DNA of 35,713 bases, from the NCBI GenBank assembly GCA_049472355.1, contig JBLIRP010000035.1, forward strand, positions 1-35,713. Direction: 5' to 3'. A model generated the notes under the pieces. The model was not told the origin of the DNA. It did not search any database and saw only the letters and a list, made by a program, of their open reading frames with translations. The stretch's first letter is position 1. Every line of letters begins with the position of its first letter. The position numbers were made by a program, and so were the translations under genes. Positions 34,701-35,713 of this stretch are shown here, one piece after another. Source of the stretch: a bacterium (GTDB taxonomy: Bacteria; SZUA-182; DTGQ01; JAFGSM01).

Positions 34701-35146
34701 TCCAGGAGAAGGCGGCTGTCCAGGCCGAGGATGGGCCTGCCGTCCGAATGGATATTGCCGATCTGTTCGAGGCGCTCGGAGATGGCGCAGGCGTCGTCGA
34801 GGGAGGGAACCAGGATACAGTTGTGGACCTTGCGGGTCCTGTTTCCCTTCTTGTAGATCGAGCTTATTTCGGACGAGAGGACAAAGCGGACCGCCCGGTG
34901 ACAGGGAGGGGGGATCTCCCTGAGCACGGCCTGCTCGAGTTCCGGCTTGAGCCTGTAGAGGCCCTCTTCCGCAGGGATGAGCTTCTGTCCCAACTCCTCC
35001 CGCCATCCGGGATGGGTGAAATCTCCGGTGCCCACCAGGGTGATCCCCTTGAGACACGCCCACAGAACAAGATGCTCGGGATCGCAATCCTTGCTCGTGG
35101 CAACGGAAAAGTGGGAGTGAATATGCAAATCGGCCAGGAATGACAT
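31727..35146 (-). CDS. endonuclease Q-like PHP domain fused to a UvrD/PcrA superfamily 1 helicase
   Basis: N-terminus has ADLHIHSHFS, GTGDFTHP, PAHVWTP, ETGLSSD, SNSDAHS and GKYHFNGHRGC...CPVCGK. C-terminus has AGPGTGKT, DEFQD, GDPNQAIYGFRGA, NYRS, TLHAAKGLEF and EERRLFYVGMTRA. Start placed at ATG 35146. Confidence 0.92.
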   Translation of the reverse strand: MSFLADLHIHSHFSVATSKDCDPEHLVLWACLKGITLVGTGDFTHPGWREELGQKLIPAEEGLYRLKPELEQAVLREIPPPCHRAVRFVLSSEISSIYKKGNRTRKVHNCILVPSLDDACAISERLEQIGNIHSDGRPILGLDSRLLLEIMLEKCPHGIFIPAHVWTPHFSLFGAYSGFDALEECFEDLSCHIHALETGLSSDPAMNWRVSALDRYTLVSNSDAHSPRNLAREANILDCPLSFPALRSALEDKEEGQFLGTVEFFPQEGKYHFNGHRGCGVRMDPEETIRAGGICPVCGKKVTLGVMHRVVELADREAGYRPEGAPPFSSVIPLPEILADYLGCGVGTKRVRQAYFGLIHNLGPEWEILTQTPFEELTRHAGPSLAGGIIRVRSGKVTIRPGFDGEYGTIEVFSPRERESQRGLFAVQTEPGIVNCARNAPEGKEGAIPGRRGRRSSSPPLPHDVPGSEEKSEGESPLSLLNASQRTCVQSPTGPVLVIAGPGTGKTRTLSLRILHLVREKGVSPAGIAAITFTNKAAKEMADRLDALMGHPPSPEARPFIGTFHNLCLHLLRRFGNARHFILFHTYDSLALIGRILEKRDAEKSVKPGECLRAISLIKTADCDGNSATGCDPIILDIYEEYQAGLKRYGALDYDDLIINTVRLLRDDEGTAARIRASYTHILVDEFQDVNPVQYALVILLTGNGAENLFLIGDPNQAIYGFRGADNRLFFRIQEEFPGVQIHSLEENYRSCAPIIESALHVIRRNPQPLPVRLRSIRGEGPLIKLLSLPSERAEGIAVAKEISSLMGGIDMLQAHGETGPSARPATFGTQGGYGFSDFAVLTRTGNQADVLEECLVKEGIPYRVAGNQDILENPLVRQVLALLRWCHNPSDEHSFLQAIDLPVIPLDKREKRAIIDILPRDDGDAAQEGVKKDSSAFRSLINTLTERGMEQAVEALSRYHRMAEGESPAGFVNQVTAGLASHEECSPHARDLRRLGLLAEEFPDVASFLEGVTLCREGDISWRGIGGRRDSEMVNLMTLHAAKGLEFPVVFVCGCEEGLLPYRHRTRPAPLDEERRLFYVGMTRARDCLYLSWCAHRTGRADAGPSSFLTDIPETLSERAVYSPPPSKRPAIRQLGLW

Positions 35147-35191
35147 AGACGCCCCTATAGTATCAGCACGGGAGGGCCAAATCAATACACG

Positions 35192-35223
35192 GGCATGGGT
35201 GTGGCATGGGTGTGGCATGGGTG
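35192..35223. repeat. 11-bp tandem repeat (GGCATGGGTGT, about three copies)
   Basis: Read directly from the intergenic sequence upstream of the EndoQ-UvrD gene. Confidence 0.8.
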
Positions 35224-35378
35224 GCTGCAATTCTGATTCTGCCACTGCCCACGATCTTCCCAAGGGTTAGGAATTGAAATTGCCGCACTGGTGCAAGGGA
35301 TGCCCCGGAAGCTCAAACAAAACAAATAAATTACTCGCATGGATATGACGATAGATATAGTAGACAGGAGAACGCACA

Positions 35379-35713
35379 GTGGGCATGAAAAACCCGAACA
35401 GAGCACATACAATAGCCATGCGTATACGCCTTACCAGGGTCCTTTGTCTTGCGGCAGCCCTCTGCCTGGCCTTTTACCCCCCGTATTGCTTCGCCCAGCG
35501 GCGCGAGACCAGCGCGCCGGGCCAGACCTTGCAGCGGCGCGGGACCAGCACGCCGGCCGGGACCTCGACAGGGTATCCGGACGAGAAGGGGGACGAGGAT
35601 CCTCACTATGAGGCAATGCTCGAGGCAGGCCTTGGAAATATCTCCTATGACATATACAGCGGGGCGGGATCATCCAATGCACAGTCCATGTATATTGGGG
35701 ACATGGTGAGCAT
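35379..35713 (+). CDS. secreted hypothetical protein, 3' end outside the window
   Basis: Open frame from GTG 35379/ATG 35385 after AGGAG to the window end: MKNPNRAHTIAMRIRLTRVLCLAAALCLAFYPPYCFA|QRRETSAPGQTLQRRGTSTPAGT... Clear signal peptide; not in the ORF track because it has no stop. Confidence 0.7.
   Translation, partial: MGMKNPNRAHTIAMRIRLTRVLCLAAALCLAFYPPYCFAQRRETSAPGQTLQRRGTSTPAGTSTGYPDEKGDEDPHYEAMLEAGLGNISYDIYSGAGSSNAQSMYIGDMVS

Overview
This is a GC-rich bacterial chromosomal window from a diderm, probably Deltaproteobacteria-like lineage (an inference from gene content). From left to right it carries a partial DciA/DUF721 gene, asnS, and a REC-HisKA signalling protein. Next is the conserved ffh-rpsP-khpA-rimM-trmD-SPOUT-rplS-rnhB-yraN cluster. 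An accessory three-gene surface-protein operon follows, encoding two very large secreted propeller/Ig-like proteins and an outer-membrane beta-barrel, and then a secreted beta-helix/Ig protein. After that come a complete convergent moxR-DUF58-bat operon, cyclophilin-like and ferredoxin genes, an ArsR regulator, an EndoQ(PHP)-UvrD fusion, and the start of another secreted protein. The most striking signal is at 8984-19787. Both giant proteins are strongly enriched in the tripeptide Asp-Pro-Asn (hand counts 26 and 13, encoded by varied codons), both end in a Cys-Phe-Ile box, and both sit upstream of an MXAN_2562-like barrel. Together these suggest an undescribed surface-display and protein-modification system. 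The second giant gene also contains a low-GC, apparently swapped C-terminal module. No CRISPR array, rRNA, tRNA or mobile element was recognised.
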